Source of the DNA: Thermomicrobiales bacterium
GTDB lineage: Bacteria; Chloroflexota; Chloroflexia; Thermomicrobiales; UBA6265
Direction: 5' to 3'
NCBI GenBank assembly: GCA_035944555.1
Contig: DASZAY010000028.1
Location: 2,158-66,157 of the forward strand
Length of the DNA stretch: 64,000 nt
Shown here piece after piece: positions 1 to 9,534 of the stretch (positions are counted from its first letter, which is position 1; each line of letters opens with the position of its first letter). The translations under genes were made by a program, and so were the position numbers. The notes under the pieces were generated by a model. That model was not told where the DNA came from. It made no database searches and saw nothing but the letters and a program-made list of their open reading frames with translations.

Positions 1-39
1 TGCTGCGATAGTGCGGAAGGCCGCAAAAGTCTTGTGCAT
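1..39 (-). CDS. 5' end (13 codons) of an unidentified gene running off the left edge
   Basis: ATG at 39..37 on the minus strand, with GGGAGGGG (revcomp of 46..53) 6 nt upstream. The frame stays open to position 1 (MHKTFAAFRTIAA...). Too short to identify. Confidence 0.3.
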   Translation of the reverse strand, partial: MHKTFAAFRTIAA

Positions 40-418
40 GTAATTCCCCTCCCAGGAGAAAGCGCACGAATACACCCGGATCGCCCCCCGACCCGGTTGG
101 TAGTCAGTATACGTATCGTGACGATGTTGTCATCCCTTGCGGAGGGGCAATATCCCGGGCAGGATGACTCTGAGGTAGCCGAAGCGACGTTGTCGACGCA
201 ATACCTGCGTCCGGACACACCTGGCGGGCGGTGGCCGGCACCTTCGGCGACCCCGCGTACCGGTTGAGACGCATGAGGGCCCCGGCATGTAACACGGCCG
301 ACCGCGGCTATCGGACCAACCGTCCCGCGATGGACGATTCACGCCAGATGAAGGGCCGGCAGGTGGCCGGAAACGCGCTCGCCACGCACTCGGAGCGGGT
401 GCGTGGCGAGTGAACCTT

Positions 419-432
419 CTTCCTATAGGAAG
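419..432. repeat. 14-bp perfect palindrome CTTCCTATAGGAAG about 30 nt downstream of the 463..2631 gene
   Basis: Read directly from the sequence. It is an AT-rich spot in GC-rich surroundings and could be a short hairpin or a protein-binding site. No U-tract follows. Confidence 0.5.
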
Positions 433-462
433 GGAACGTGGGAAAGCGTGGGAATCGGGGGA

Positions 463-2631
463 CTAGCTGCCGAGCGCGGCAGGGGTCCGCTCGGGCCGCG
501 CATCGTTCGCGGGCGGTGCCGGGGTGGTGCTGGTCAGCTGGACCAGCGTCGCGGTGACGGTCCCGGCCGGCATGATTGCCACGGGAACCTCAGTGCCACT
601 GGCGGGGTCACGGAGGATGTAGCTCCCCTCCCCCTCCGTCGGCGGGAGCACGAGCGGGACACCGACCCCGCTGTCGTCGATGGCGACGGATGTAACCGTG
701 CCGTCCGGTCCGACGACTTCGAGTGTGGTCGCGACCGGGTCGCAGTCGGCCGGGCGCGTCGCGGATCCGCCCCCGGCACCGTCACCGCTACTGGTCGTTG
801 CGTCCACCACCTGGAACACTGACAGGATCACCCCGGTCGCCGGATCGGCGGCGGCCATCGCCTCGTTCATCCCGTCGATCCCGTCACCCAGGCCCGGCGA
901 AGGTTCGGGCAGCAGCAGACCGGTCGGGACCGTCGCGCAGCGCTGCACCCGGAGCTGGAGCGTGCCGTAGGGGACGATGGAGAGCGTAAGGTCGACAGGC
1001 TCGTCGCCGACCGTGAACGGGGACGACGGCGCGAAGACATACCGCTCCGGCGTGGTGGACGGCGCCACGACGTAGTCACCGTCGTCAACCGTGTCGAACG
1101 TCACGATCCCGTCCGCGCCGTCGTCCGCGTCGCAGGCCTCGGCCAGCGGAACGCTCTCCAGTCCGGCGGCCGCGATGGTGTAGCAGGCTCCGGCGACGGG
1201 CGCGCCGGTGACACTGTCGGCGTTGCGGACGATCACGTCGCCCTGCGGCTCGGCGATCACCTGGATGGCCAGCATGGTGACGGAGCCGTTGGGGACGAGG
1301 GCGACCGGCTCGCTGAAGGCCATCGGGTGGAGCCGCTCGACCACGTAGAGCGGTTGCCCATCGCGGGCGACCGTCGTCTCGAAGATCGCCTGGCCGTTGG
1401 CGTCGGTCTCGCGCCGGCCGAGCGTCAGGTCGTCCCATGGTGACTCGGACCGGGGATCGCGGAAGGCGTAGGAGAACTCGTCGAGCTCGGCGACGCGGCA
1501 GTTGTCGGGGATGTCCGCGCCGATGGACTGGATGGCGGCCCCCGGGTTGATGATCATTGTCCCGATCCGCTCGGGCTCGGAGGACGTGCAGACCAGCGTG
1601 TCGATCGTGATCGTGGCGGGCTGACCGGCGACGAAGCCGGTATCCCCGCCGTCGCTCCCGCTGCCCTCAACCGACGGCTCAGCGGTCGGCGCGGGCGGGG
1701 TGGTCCCGGTTGGCGCGGGCTGGGTCGGAGCTGCCTCGACCGGGGTAGTCGTGGGGGGGACCGTGGTCGCGGTCGGCGCGACCGGCGTGTCAGTCGCGGC
1801 TGGTTGGGTCGCGGTCGGCTCCGGGGTCACGGCCGGGATGTTGGTCGGGGCGGCGGTCGGTTCGGTACCGGTCTGGGCGAGGCCGAACGACACGGCATCG
1901 ACATCCAGCGACCCGTCGGCGGAGGCGGTGACCTCGACGACCTGGCCCTCGACGGCGCCGTACTCCCCTGGAGCAACGACCGAGACGACGTACTGGCCCG
2001 CCGAGAGTTCGATCCAGGCGTTGCCGCTCCCGTCGCTGACGGCCGAGCCGATGACGTTGCCGGCGATCCCGGTTGCCGGATCGACAGGCTGGACCTGGAC
2101 GGTGACCCCGGCCAGCCCGGTCGCGTCGCCGGTATCGGTGACGGCGACGAGGACGGTGCCGTCGGTGGCGCTGGCCGCCAGCGGATTGACGACCTCGAGG
2201 GAGGTGTATCCCAGCGGATCGATGGTGACGAAGCGGTCGCCGGCCGGGTCGGCGACGTGGCCCGGCGGGATGGCAAGTTGTGCGACGCCGTAGGTCGTAC
2301 CGGCGGCCAGATCCGAGAAAACAGCGGTACCGGTCGCGTCGGTGTAGGCGGGGTCGGTCCAGGGGGCGGCACCGGACGGGATGACGAGGGAGCCGAGGTC
2401 ATCGGTGATGGCGGGATAGAGCCCGAACCCGGCACCGGCCAGCGGTGTGCCCTGCCCGTCGGTGACGACGATGGTCAGGGTCAGCGGGGATTCGGCCTGG
2501 CCGTGGGCACGGGCAGGCCACGCCGCGATCAGCGCCCAGAACAGCGCCACGATCACGACGATGCGCCAGCCTGCCTGACCTGTCGCCCGCCGTCCCATCC
2601 TCATCCCTTGCCGCGGCCGTCGGACAGGCAT
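463..2631 (-). CDS. Secreted multi-domain protein with repeated Cna-B/SpaA/carboxypeptidase-regulatory-like beta-sandwich units and a Pro/Thr-rich linker
   Basis: 722-aa ORF. The N-terminus has an Arg-rich n-region, a hydrophobic core and an ARAHG cleavage-like site. It carries repeated units of the type VTD..G.PLAG..(V/F)...(P/A) and GxYVV(A/S)...P.GY. The central linker is TEPTAAPTNIPAVTPEPTATQPAATDTPVAPTATTVPPTTTP. The start could be any of three Met in the first 12 codons. Confidence 0.8.
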   Translation of the reverse strand: MPVRRPRQGMRMGRRATGQAGWRIVVIVALFWALIAAWPARAHGQAESPLTLTIVVTDGQGTPLAGAGFGLYPAITDDLGSLVIPSGAAPWTDPAYTDATGTAVFSDLAAGTTYGVAQLAIPPGHVADPAGDRFVTIDPLGYTSLEVVNPLAASATDGTVLVAVTDTGDATGLAGVTVQVQPVDPATGIAGNVIGSAVSDGSGNAWIELSAGQYVVSVVAPGEYGAVEGQVVEVTASADGSLDVDAVSFGLAQTGTEPTAAPTNIPAVTPEPTATQPAATDTPVAPTATTVPPTTTPVEAAPTQPAPTGTTPPAPTAEPSVEGSGSDGGDTGFVAGQPATITIDTLVCTSSEPERIGTMIINPGAAIQSIGADIPDNCRVAELDEFSYAFRDPRSESPWDDLTLGRRETDANGQAIFETTVARDGQPLYVVERLHPMAFSEPVALVPNGSVTMLAIQVIAEPQGDVIVRNADSVTGAPVAGACYTIAAAGLESVPLAEACDADDGADGIVTFDTVDDGDYVVAPSTTPERYVFAPSSPFTVGDEPVDLTLSIVPYGTLQLRVQRCATVPTGLLLPEPSPGLGDGIDGMNEAMAAADPATGVILSVFQVVDATTSSGDGAGGGSATRPADCDPVATTLEVVGPDGTVTSVAIDDSGVGVPLVLPPTEGEGSYILRDPASGTEVPVAIMPAGTVTATLVQLTSTTPAPPANDARPERTPAALGS

Positions 2632-2797
2632 CCCATCCCCGTGCCGCCGCCCTTGTCTCCGTCGAGTATACGTGTCGGCGGCCGGATTCCCGCCCGCCGA
2701 CTCCCCCGTTCGTCCTGAATGACGAGATGGGCCGCCTGACAGCCCGACTACCCGGACCGGCGAAATGAATACCCCGCTGTGCGTTCCCGTGCCGCCG

Positions 2798-3241
2798 CTA
2801 GGAGGCGACCAGGCTCAGCCGGCGGATGTAGGCCGGCGAGAGCTCCCAGTAGCGAGCCTGGGTGATCAATCCCTCACGGTCGGACAGGGCGTCCTCGCCG
2901 GTCAGGACGGTCGCGTGGGTCCGGTAGCCGGCGTCGGTGATGACATCCGCGGCGCAGGTCGAGGTGGTCGACTCCGGCTGGATGAGCAGGATGCCCCAGA
3001 CCTCATCGTCGCTCCCCTGTTCGGCGTCTGCCGAAACCGCCGGCCCGGCGTCTGCCAGCTCGGCGCAGGCCGGGCTGGTCGTCGCCCAGTCCGCGACGAG
3101 CCGGGCCCGGGCGACGAAGCGGGCGCCAGGCGTCTCGGCGATGATCGCTTCGGGGGACATGTCCGTCCCGTAGCGGAAGACCAGCGACTCGGTGATAAGG
3201 GTCGCGTCCGTGATGTCGGGGGTTCTGTCCGTCTCGTTCAT
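2798..3241 (-). CDS. Gamma-glutamylcyclotransferase (AIG2/GGCT-like) family protein
   Basis: 147-aa ORF. LVFRYGTDMSPEAI near the N-terminus and EVWGILL later resemble the (F/Y)xYGSxM ... vwGvly signature of GGCT-fold proteins. GGAGG sits upstream of the ATG. Confidence 0.6.
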   Translation of the reverse strand: MNETDRTPDITDATLITESLVFRYGTDMSPEAIIAETPGARFVARARLVADWATTSPACAELADAGPAVSADAEQGSDDEVWGILLIQPESTTSTCAADVITDAGYRTHATVLTGEDALSDREGLITQARYWELSPAYIRRLSLVAS

Positions 3242-3612
3242 GGGAGGACCTCCCCGGCGGCAAGGCCATGGGGTACACCGGTCCGCACCCTGGCGAACCT
3301 CCGAAGAGATCGGGCCGGGGACGGATCAGGCGACAGCTGCGTTCGGTATGGGAATCATGGTACCGCAGGTTCCTGAAAATACGCTTAACCGGTTCCCGTC
3401 CATCTGGCCGGTTCCGCCCCGGTGTATCGGCATGACCGCTCAATGCCTGACTCCGCCGACCGGGCTGACCCGACCGGCCTGGCTCCGGGAGACGGTAGGG
3501 TCCTATCCCGTAGGCGGTCCCCCTTCCTTCTAAACATGCGCCGCTAACGCCGCTCGTCAACAGGCGGGCAGCACCGCGCTCAGCAGGCAGACCCGCCACT
3601 GACCAGTTCAGG

Positions 3613-3680
3613 GGCAGGAACGCGCCGACCCGGCCACCGCGGGATGCGATGGCCGGGTCGTCGTGGTCTCTGTTCCTGCC
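3613..3680 (-). terminator. Long compound hairpin 25 nt downstream of the YtxH-like gene (terminator-like, no U-tract)
   Basis: The outer arms GGCAGGAAC (3613..3621) and GTTCCTGCC (3672..3680) are perfectly complementary. So are the inner arms GACCCGGCCA (3627..3636) and TGGCCGGGTC (3650..3659). Confidence 0.45.
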
Positions 3681-3704
3681 GGACCGGCACGTGGCCGGAT
3701 CGGG

Positions 3705-4154
3705 TCAGTGCGTGGTGCGGTTGGTCGGGAACGGCGTGACGTTCATCGCGGCAGAACGGTAGGGCACCGATGTCCCGCCAGCCGCGGAGCCTGCCGGCGC
3801 GGTCGTAGCGGCCTCGACGGTCGTGGTCGTCGTGGGCGCCGCCGGGACTGGTCCCGGCGGGGTGGTGACCGGCGTCGGCTGGTGCAGGCGATCGACCGGG
3901 GTAGGATCGATCAGCTCCTCGACGAACCGCGTCGAGATCGCCACGCCCTGGACGATCCGGGTGCCGGCCGCGTTCAGCCCGTGCGCCGCCGCTTCCAGCA
4001 GTCCGGCCGCTGGGCCGGCGTGCGCCTTGAGCTGCTCACCCAGCTGTGACCGCGTCAGGCGGCCCGCCTGGGGTGCCCGCCAGAGCGTCAGGGCCGCCCC
4101 GGCCACCCCGCCAATCACCGCGCCTGTCACGAACGCTCCGCCATACCGCGCCAT
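3705..4154 (-). CDS. YtxH-domain protein (general-stress-type membrane-anchored protein) with Pro/Thr-rich tail
   Basis: 149 aa. The N-terminus GAFVTGAVIGGVAGAALTLWRAPQAGRLTRSQLGEQLK matches the YtxH pattern (Gly-rich helix followed by APxSG..(T/L)R). Confidence 0.7.
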   Translation of the reverse strand: MARYGGAFVTGAVIGGVAGAALTLWRAPQAGRLTRSQLGEQLKAHAGPAAGLLEAAAHGLNAAGTRIVQGVAISTRFVEELIDPTPVDRLHQPTPVTTPPGPVPAAPTTTTTVEAATTAPAGSAAGGTSVPYRSAAMNVTPFPTNRTTH

Positions 4155-4370
4155 GCTCGTCTCCTTCGTCCTCGCCGCCGGGCCACGGTTCCCGCGGAAT
4201 CTGCCCGCGGCCCGACCGGCACTGTGACGTCCGTTGTACCAAAATCCGTGCCCGAAGGCGCCCGTCCCCGTTAGTAAGGCAGGCAGATCGTCCAGCTGAC
4301 CCGTCCCGGCCCCATCCCTGGCCCGGCACCGGACTGACCGTCATCCAGCCGGGAGTGGGACAATCTCCCC

Positions 4371-5561
4371 ATGACGACCACCGATCCCTCCCCCACCCCG
4401 CCCGTTTCGCCCGGCAATCCGGCGCTGATCGCGATCATCCGGGACACGATCGACCGGGCGGGCGGGCGGATCACCTTTGCCCGCTTTATGGACCTGGCGC
4501 TCAACCACCCGGAGCACGGCTACTACCGCGCGCCGGAGCGGCGACCTGGGCGGGGCGGCGACTTCCTCACGGCGCCGGAGACGACCCCCTGGTTCGGCTT
4601 CATCGTTGCCCGGCAGATCGCCGAATGCCGTGATCGCCTTGGCCGGTCGGAACCGTTCACGATCCACGAATCCGGGGCCGGGATCGGCGGACTGGCCTAC
4701 GACATCGTCGCTGCACTGCTGGACCACGACCCCGACCTCCGGGCCACGCTGTCCTACCGCCTGTCCGAACCCAATCCCCATCGCCGGGCCCAGGCGATCG
4801 CCGCGATGCGGGAGGTCGGGCTGGACGACGTCGTCCGTGTCGAAGATCCGACCGTCCCCGGCTACGCGCCGGAACCGATCACCGGGGTCGTCCTCGCCAA
4901 CGAAGTCGCCGATGCCCTGCCCGTCCACCGGCTGACCGTCCGGGACGGCGAGCTGGCCGAGTGCTATGTCCGCCGGGATGGCGACGGCTTCGCCGAGGAG
5001 ATCGGCCCCGTCTCGGAGGCAGCACTGGCGGACGGACTGCCCCGGCGGCTCCAGCGGGCGGGCGTCAGTCTGTCCGAGGGAGACCGGCTGGACGTCTCGC
5101 CGGCCGCCACAAGCTGGTTCCGCGACCTCGTCCGGCCACTACGGCGTGGGTACGCGCTGGTGATCGACTACGGCTACGCGGCGGACGAGCTGTACCGCGG
5201 CCACCGCCTGTCCGGCACGCTCCGGACCTATGCCAGCCACGTGGCCGGCGACGACCCGTTCGTCCGCATCGGCGAGCAGGACCTGACCGCCCACGTCGAC
5301 TTCACGGCGCTCCAGGACGGTGGATTGGCCGAGGGGCTGCTCCCGGCAGGGCTGACCAGCCAGTCGCTGTTCCTGGAGCGTCTCGGCCTGGGGCAGGTGC
5401 TGCTGGACGCGCAGGACACACCAGGCATGACCCCTGAGGACTACCTCGCGCTGCGGGCAGGCATCTTCCGCTTGATCGACCCGGCCGGGATGGGCCGGTT
5501 CTCGGTGCTCGCAATGGCGCGGGATGCCCCGGTCGACCCGCCGCTGCTCGGGTTCGGGTAG
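4371..5561 (+). CDS. SAM-dependent methyltransferase, MidA/NDUFAF7 (DUF185) family
   Basis: 396 aa. The motifs ITFARFMDLALNHPEHGYY, GDFLTAPETTPWFG, ESGAGIGGLA and LANEVADALPVHR are typical of MidA-family proteins. Confidence 0.8.
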   Translation: MTTTDPSPTPPVSPGNPALIAIIRDTIDRAGGRITFARFMDLALNHPEHGYYRAPERRPGRGGDFLTAPETTPWFGFIVARQIAECRDRLGRSEPFTIHESGAGIGGLAYDIVAALLDHDPDLRATLSYRLSEPNPHRRAQAIAAMREVGLDDVVRVEDPTVPGYAPEPITGVVLANEVADALPVHRLTVRDGELAECYVRRDGDGFAEEIGPVSEAALADGLPRRLQRAGVSLSEGDRLDVSPAATSWFRDLVRPLRRGYALVIDYGYAADELYRGHRLSGTLRTYASHVAGDDPFVRIGEQDLTAHVDFTALQDGGLAEGLLPAGLTSQSLFLERLGLGQVLLDAQDTPGMTPEDYLALRAGIFRLIDPAGMGRFSVLAMARDAPVDPPLLGFG

Positions 5562-5800
5562 GCGTGGCGTTCGCCAGGGGATGGGGGTGAACGCGAAAGG
5601 GAGAGCCCGGTAACGGCCCCCTTCCCGGATGCCCCTGCCGACGCGAAGGCACCCCTCTCTTGGCCAGGTGACGCCGACACCGACGCGGCAATCAGCACGC
5701 CAAGCCGGAGCGGGGGAGAGATCTGCCCTGGGATAACGTGGTGATCGAAACCCTGATGAGCACGCCGATGCCCGGGTCAACAGAAGGAATGTGACCAGTC

Positions 5801-6853
5801 ATGAGCGATCACGATCTTCGAACTGCGGTACTACGGGCAAACGCGGCCCCCTATGCCGAGACCGCGATCGCCTGCATTGACCGGGAGTACCCCAACTACG
5901 CCGGCCTCGGGGTCGATGGCCCGGAACAGTACCGGGAGCCGTGGGAGCGCCACCCGGCCTTCTACGGGTCGTACGACTGGCACTCGGCCGTCGAGATGCA
6001 CTGGGTCCTCATCCGGTTGTTGCGGCTGGTGCCGGACGCCGTCGACGAGCGGGTGGTCCGGGCGGCGCTGGACCGGCACCTGACGCCGGAAACCCTGGCC
6101 GGGGAGGTGGCGTACTGCCGGGCGCATCCTGGCTTCGAGCGTCCCTACGGCTGGGCCTGGTGCCTGATGCTCGCCGACGCGGTTGACGACCTGGCCCAGC
6201 AGGGCGACGCCGACGCCCAGCGGTGGGGCGCCGCGCTGGAAGAACTGGCCGTGCTGTTCGCCGGAGGGTTCGTCCAGTGGCTGCCGAAGCAGCGGTATCC
6301 GGTCCGGAGCGGCCTGCACCCGAACACGGCGTTCGCGCTCGGTCGATCGTTGCCGTGGGCGCGGCGACGGGCGGAGCGAGGTCTGCCCGGTGCAGACCTC
6401 CACGAGACACTGGTGGCGACCGCCGAGCGCCTGTTCGTTGGCGACACGGGATATGACGCGCGGTTCGAGCCGTCCGGGTCCGACTTCCTCTCCCCCGCGC
6501 TCATCGAAGCCGAGCTCATCGGCGCCATCTTCCCGGACGACCGCTTCGCCGCCTGGCTGACCGCCTTCCTCCCCGCCCTCGGCGACGCGCTGCCGCCCGC
6601 CCTCGCCCACCCCGTCACCGTCGACGATCCGACCGACGGCCAAGGCGGCCATCTCCATGGGCTGAACCTGAGCCGCGCCTGGACGATGCGCCGGATCGCA
6701 GCCGCCCTGCCGCCGGGCGACCATCGCCGTTCCCCGCTCGAGCGCGCGGCGGGGGATCACGCGGTGACGGCGCTGCCCCACGTCGTCGGGAGCAGCTACA
6801 TGGTCGAGCACTGGCTGGCGGTCTACGCCCTGCTCTGGCTGGCCGACGAGTAA
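5801..6853 (+). CDS. DUF2891-family protein
   Basis: 350 aa. IDREYPN...HPAFYGSYDWHSAVEMHW and HLHGLNLSRAW resemble DUF2891 as I remember it. The coding call is solid but the family call is from memory. Confidence 0.7.
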   Translation: MSDHDLRTAVLRANAAPYAETAIACIDREYPNYAGLGVDGPEQYREPWERHPAFYGSYDWHSAVEMHWVLIRLLRLVPDAVDERVVRAALDRHLTPETLAGEVAYCRAHPGFERPYGWAWCLMLADAVDDLAQQGDADAQRWGAALEELAVLFAGGFVQWLPKQRYPVRSGLHPNTAFALGRSLPWARRRAERGLPGADLHETLVATAERLFVGDTGYDARFEPSGSDFLSPALIEAELIGAIFPDDRFAAWLTAFLPALGDALPPALAHPVTVDDPTDGQGGHLHGLNLSRAWTMRRIAAALPPGDHRRSPLERAAGDHAVTALPHVVGSSYMVEHWLAVYALLWLADE

Positions 6854-7010
6854 CGGCCACAATGGGCGGAGCGGGAACAGTTCGTCCCGTGGTCCCTGTC
6901 GTGCGAACTCCGCACTGGTAACGTCGCGGCCGCGCCCGGCGCCGGCTGCCCCGTATCGTCCCGCCTCTCTGACCGGCGGCGCGATCTCACCTACAGGAGA
7001 GAGTGACCCG

Positions 7011-7181
7011 ATGTTCGACCGCTCCCGGACCGCCACCAAGTTCTTCTTCTACGGCCTTGCGATTGGCCTGCTGTTTGCCCCGGCCAGCGGAACCGAGACG
7101 CGCGGCCGCGTCATCGCCTGGGCCAGCCAGACCGTCCGCGACACCGTCTCCGGGCTGATGGGCGGCCAGTCCAGCCACTGA
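7011..7181 (+). CDS. Small YtxH-like membrane protein (56 aa), absent from the ORF track because it is below the length cutoff
   Basis: ATG at 7011 is preceded by AGGAGAGAG. The translation is MFDRSRTATKFFFYGLAIGLLFAPASGTETRGRVIAWASQTVRDTVSGLMGGQSSH, and LLFAPxSGxETR is the YtxH core motif. The stop TGA is at 7179..7181. Confidence 0.65.
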   Translation: MFDRSRTATKFFFYGLAIGLLFAPASGTETRGRVIAWASQTVRDTVSGLMGGQSSH

Positions 7182-7214
7182 TCCCGCCCCGGCCCGTCAC
7201 CCTGAAGGTTTCCC

Positions 7215-7478
7215 ATGTCCCGCTTTCTCCGTATCGTCCGCGTGGACGAATCGGCCTTTACCGACGCCCTGCATGAGTTCGTCACCGACCCGAGCGCGAC
7301 CCGGAACGACCGCGACGTCATCCTCGAACTCAACGAGATGATGCCGGACATGGTCGACATCCTGGAGTCGATGGTGCTGGACGGGACGGAGGACCGGCAG
7401 GACGTCGCCGACCTCGTCACGTACATCTTCAACGCCGACCCGCGGACCGGCATCGTCGGGACCGAAGGATCGCGGTAG
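7215..7478 (+). CDS. Hypothetical small acidic protein
   Basis: 87-aa ORF, 33 nt after the small YtxH-like ORF, with GAAGG 7 nt upstream of the ATG. It is strongly acidic (many D/E). I recognise no family. Confidence 0.55.
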   Translation: MSRFLRIVRVDESAFTDALHEFVTDPSATRNDRDVILELNEMMPDMVDILESMVLDGTEDRQDVADLVTYIFNADPRTGIVGTEGSR

Positions 7479-7584
7479 CGCCGCGTACGGACGGACCTGA
7501 CTGTGCCGGACCGCCGGTCAGGCGGATCCCGCGTGGTACACTGCGCCGCGCATCGCCGGGACAGGTTGCCCGGTCGATACGTGT

Positions 7585-7658
7585 GGCGCCATAGCCAAGT
7601 GGTAAGGCACGGGTCTGCAAAACCCTGATCGCCGGTTCGAATCCGGCTGGCGCCTCCA
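7585..7658 (+). tRNA. tRNA-Cys: tRNA-Cys (anticodon GCA), CCA encoded
   Basis: The cloverleaf was read by eye. The acceptor stem is GGCGCCA/TGGCGCC and the anticodon loop is CTGCAAA. The T-arm is GCCGG-TTCGAAT-CCGGC, followed by discriminator T and CCA. Confidence 0.93.
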
Positions 7659-7677
7659 CCGATGACACGCGAACAAC

Positions 7678-7716
7678 GAGACGACCGCCCGGGAATGATT
7701 CCCGGGCGGTCGTCTC
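7678..7716. terminator. 17-bp perfect hairpin between tRNA-Cys (+) and the convergent small gene (-); likely bidirectional terminator
   Basis: GAGACGACCGCCCGGGA - ATGAT - TCCCGGGCGGTCGTCTC, followed by GTTCTGG. Confidence 0.7.
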
Positions 7717-7745
7717 GTTCTGGATCGTCCCGGTTGGGAGCGTTC

Positions 7746-8024
7746 CTAGATCTGCGGCGCGGCGCCCAGCGTCGGCTCGGTCCGGGCAGCCGGGCCGTCC
7801 TCGCGGACATGGCCGAGCGTGCAGACGACGGTGAAGTAGACGCCACCGTGGCCATCCGGCGAGGTGGTGATCTCGCGGACGCGGAGACCGGAGTAGGTGC
7901 CGGCGCTGCGGTCCTTGCCCAGCCACTCGTTGACGCGGTCGGTGGCTCCACCGGGATCGCTGGCGGCGTCGGCGCTGTGGAACAGGAAGATCCGGGTATC
8001 GGCCGGGGGCAGGTTCTGGCTCAT
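7746..8024 (-). CDS. Hypothetical small protein (92 aa)
   Basis: I trimmed the track ORF (7746..8105) to the internal ATG at 8024, which has GGAG 8 nt upstream. The protein begins MSQNLPPADTRIFLFHSADAASDPGG... and I recognise no family. Confidence 0.5.
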   Translation of the reverse strand: MSQNLPPADTRIFLFHSADAASDPGGATDRVNEWLGKDRSAGTYSGLRVREITTSPDGHGGVYFTVVCTLGHVREDGPAARTEPTLGAAPQI

Positions 8025-8253
8025 CGTGATACTCCATCCGGCTCCGGGCGGGCGGCCGTCGCCCCTTGTTGCCGCGCGACTTCCAGCCACGTACCCCATG
8101 GACACGGCCGCGCGACGCCCGCGGAAGAGTATAGTGCGGCCCGGATGACAACCGGGTGAGCAGCCCGGCGCCGGGTCACGGTCGAGCCCGGTAATGGGTG
8201 ACAGGTCCCCATGTCCCGCGTCGGGACCAGGGTCACGGTGGAGGCAACGGCGG

Positions 8254-9534
8254 GTGGCTCAGCGCATCATGGTCGTCGGCGGCGGGGGGCGGGAGCACGC
8301 GCTCCTCTGGAAGCTGGCGCAGAGCCCGGGGACGAGCACCCTGCTCTGTGCGCCCGGCAACGCCGGCACGGCCGCCCTGGCCGAGGCGGTGGCCGTCCGG
8401 ACGACGGACACGGACGCCGTCGTCCGCGCCGCGATCAAGCAGCGGGTCGACCTCGTCGTCGTCGGGCCGGAAGATCCGCTGGCCGCCGGGTTGGCCGACG
8501 CGCTCGTCGCGGCGGGGATCCCGACGTACGGCCCCAGCGCCGCCGCAGCGCGGATCGAGAGCAGCAAGGCGTTCGCCAAGGAGATCATGGCCGCCGCCGG
8601 TGTCCCGACCGGCCGCTCGGTGACCGTCACGACGGTTGCCGATGGGATGACGGCCGTCTCGGAGTCCGGGCTGCCAGTCGTGCTCAAGGCCGACGGCCTG
8701 GCGGCCGGCAAGGGCGTCGTGATCTGCGCGACACACGACGAGGCTCAGAACTTCCTGATGTCGATGCTGGACGACCGGACGCTCGGCACGGCCGGGCAAT
8801 CGGTCCTGGTCGAGGAGTTCCTTCGGGGACCGGAGATCTCGATCCTGTCGCTGGTGGACGGTGAGACGATCCGCTCCCTCGCCCCGGCCCGCGACCACAA
8901 GCGCGCCTTCGACGGCGACCAGGGCCCGAACACGGGCGGGATGGGCGTCTTCGCGCCACTGCCGGACGTCGATGACGCGATGCTGGACCGGATCGACCGG
9001 GAAGTCCTCGCTCCGACGGTGCGGGAGATGTCCGCCCGCGGCATTCCCTTCCGCGGCACGCTGTTCACCGGGCTGATCCTGACCGCCGACGGTCCGAAAG
9101 TGCTGGAGTACAACGCCCGCTTCGGCGACCCGGAGACGCAGGTCACGCTGCCACTGCTGGACGGCGACCTGCGGGCACTGCTCGACGCCGTCGCCCACGG
9201 TCGGCTGGCGGAGCAGCCCGTGCCCGTGATCCGGGACGCCGCGGCGGTCGGCGTCGTGATGGCCTCCGGCGGCTACCCCGGCCCCTACCCGACCGGTCTG
9301 CCGATCACCGGGCTCGGGTCCGTCCCCGACGATGTCACGGTCTTCCACGCCGGCACGGCGCTCGACGACACCGGCGCGGTCGTCACCGCCGGTGGCCGCG
9401 TCCTCACCGTCGTCGGGACGGGACCAGATCTCGCAACCGCCCAGGAGCGGGCCTACGCCGGCGTCGACGCCATCCACTTCGACCGGGCCCATGTCCGCCG
9501 GGACATCGCCGCACGGGCCATCACGGCGGACTAG
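8254..9534 (+). CDS. purD: Phosphoribosylamine--glycine ligase
   Basis: VVGGGGREHALLWKL, the ATP-grasp core and EYNARFGDPETQ are classic PurD motifs. The preferred start is GTG 8254, with GGAGG 10 nt upstream. ATG 8269 is an alternative, and the 8194 start in the track is probably too long. Confidence 0.93.
   Translation: MAQRIMVVGGGGREHALLWKLAQSPGTSTLLCAPGNAGTAALAEAVAVRTTDTDAVVRAAIKQRVDLVVVGPEDPLAAGLADALVAAGIPTYGPSAAAARIESSKAFAKEIMAAAGVPTGRSVTVTTVADGMTAVSESGLPVVLKADGLAAGKGVVICATHDEAQNFLMSMLDDRTLGTAGQSVLVEEFLRGPEISILSLVDGETIRSLAPARDHKRAFDGDQGPNTGGMGVFAPLPDVDDAMLDRIDREVLAPTVREMSARGIPFRGTLFTGLILTADGPKVLEYNARFGDPETQVTLPLLDGDLRALLDAVAHGRLAEQPVPVIRDAAAVGVVMASGGYPGPYPTGLPITGLGSVPDDVTVFHAGTALDDTGAVVTAGGRVLTVVGTGPDLATAQERAYAGVDAIHFDRAHVRRDIAARAITAD

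Noticed and set aside
3242-3704. 463-nt intergenic region upstream of the GGCT-like gene, examined for a riboswitch or small RNA
   Set aside because: I could not match it to any riboswitch consensus I know (TPP, SAM, glycine, ZTP, guanidine, c-di-GMP, fluoride, Mn). It also does not match RNase P, SRP or tmRNA signatures. Only the terminator-like hairpin at 3613..3680 is reportable. A covariance-model scan would be needed to exclude an RNA.
7585-8105. Possible genomic island integrated at tRNA-Cys
   Set aside because: No integrase, no direct repeat of the tRNA 3' end and no compositional break are visible. The downstream genes are a small hypothetical gene and purD.
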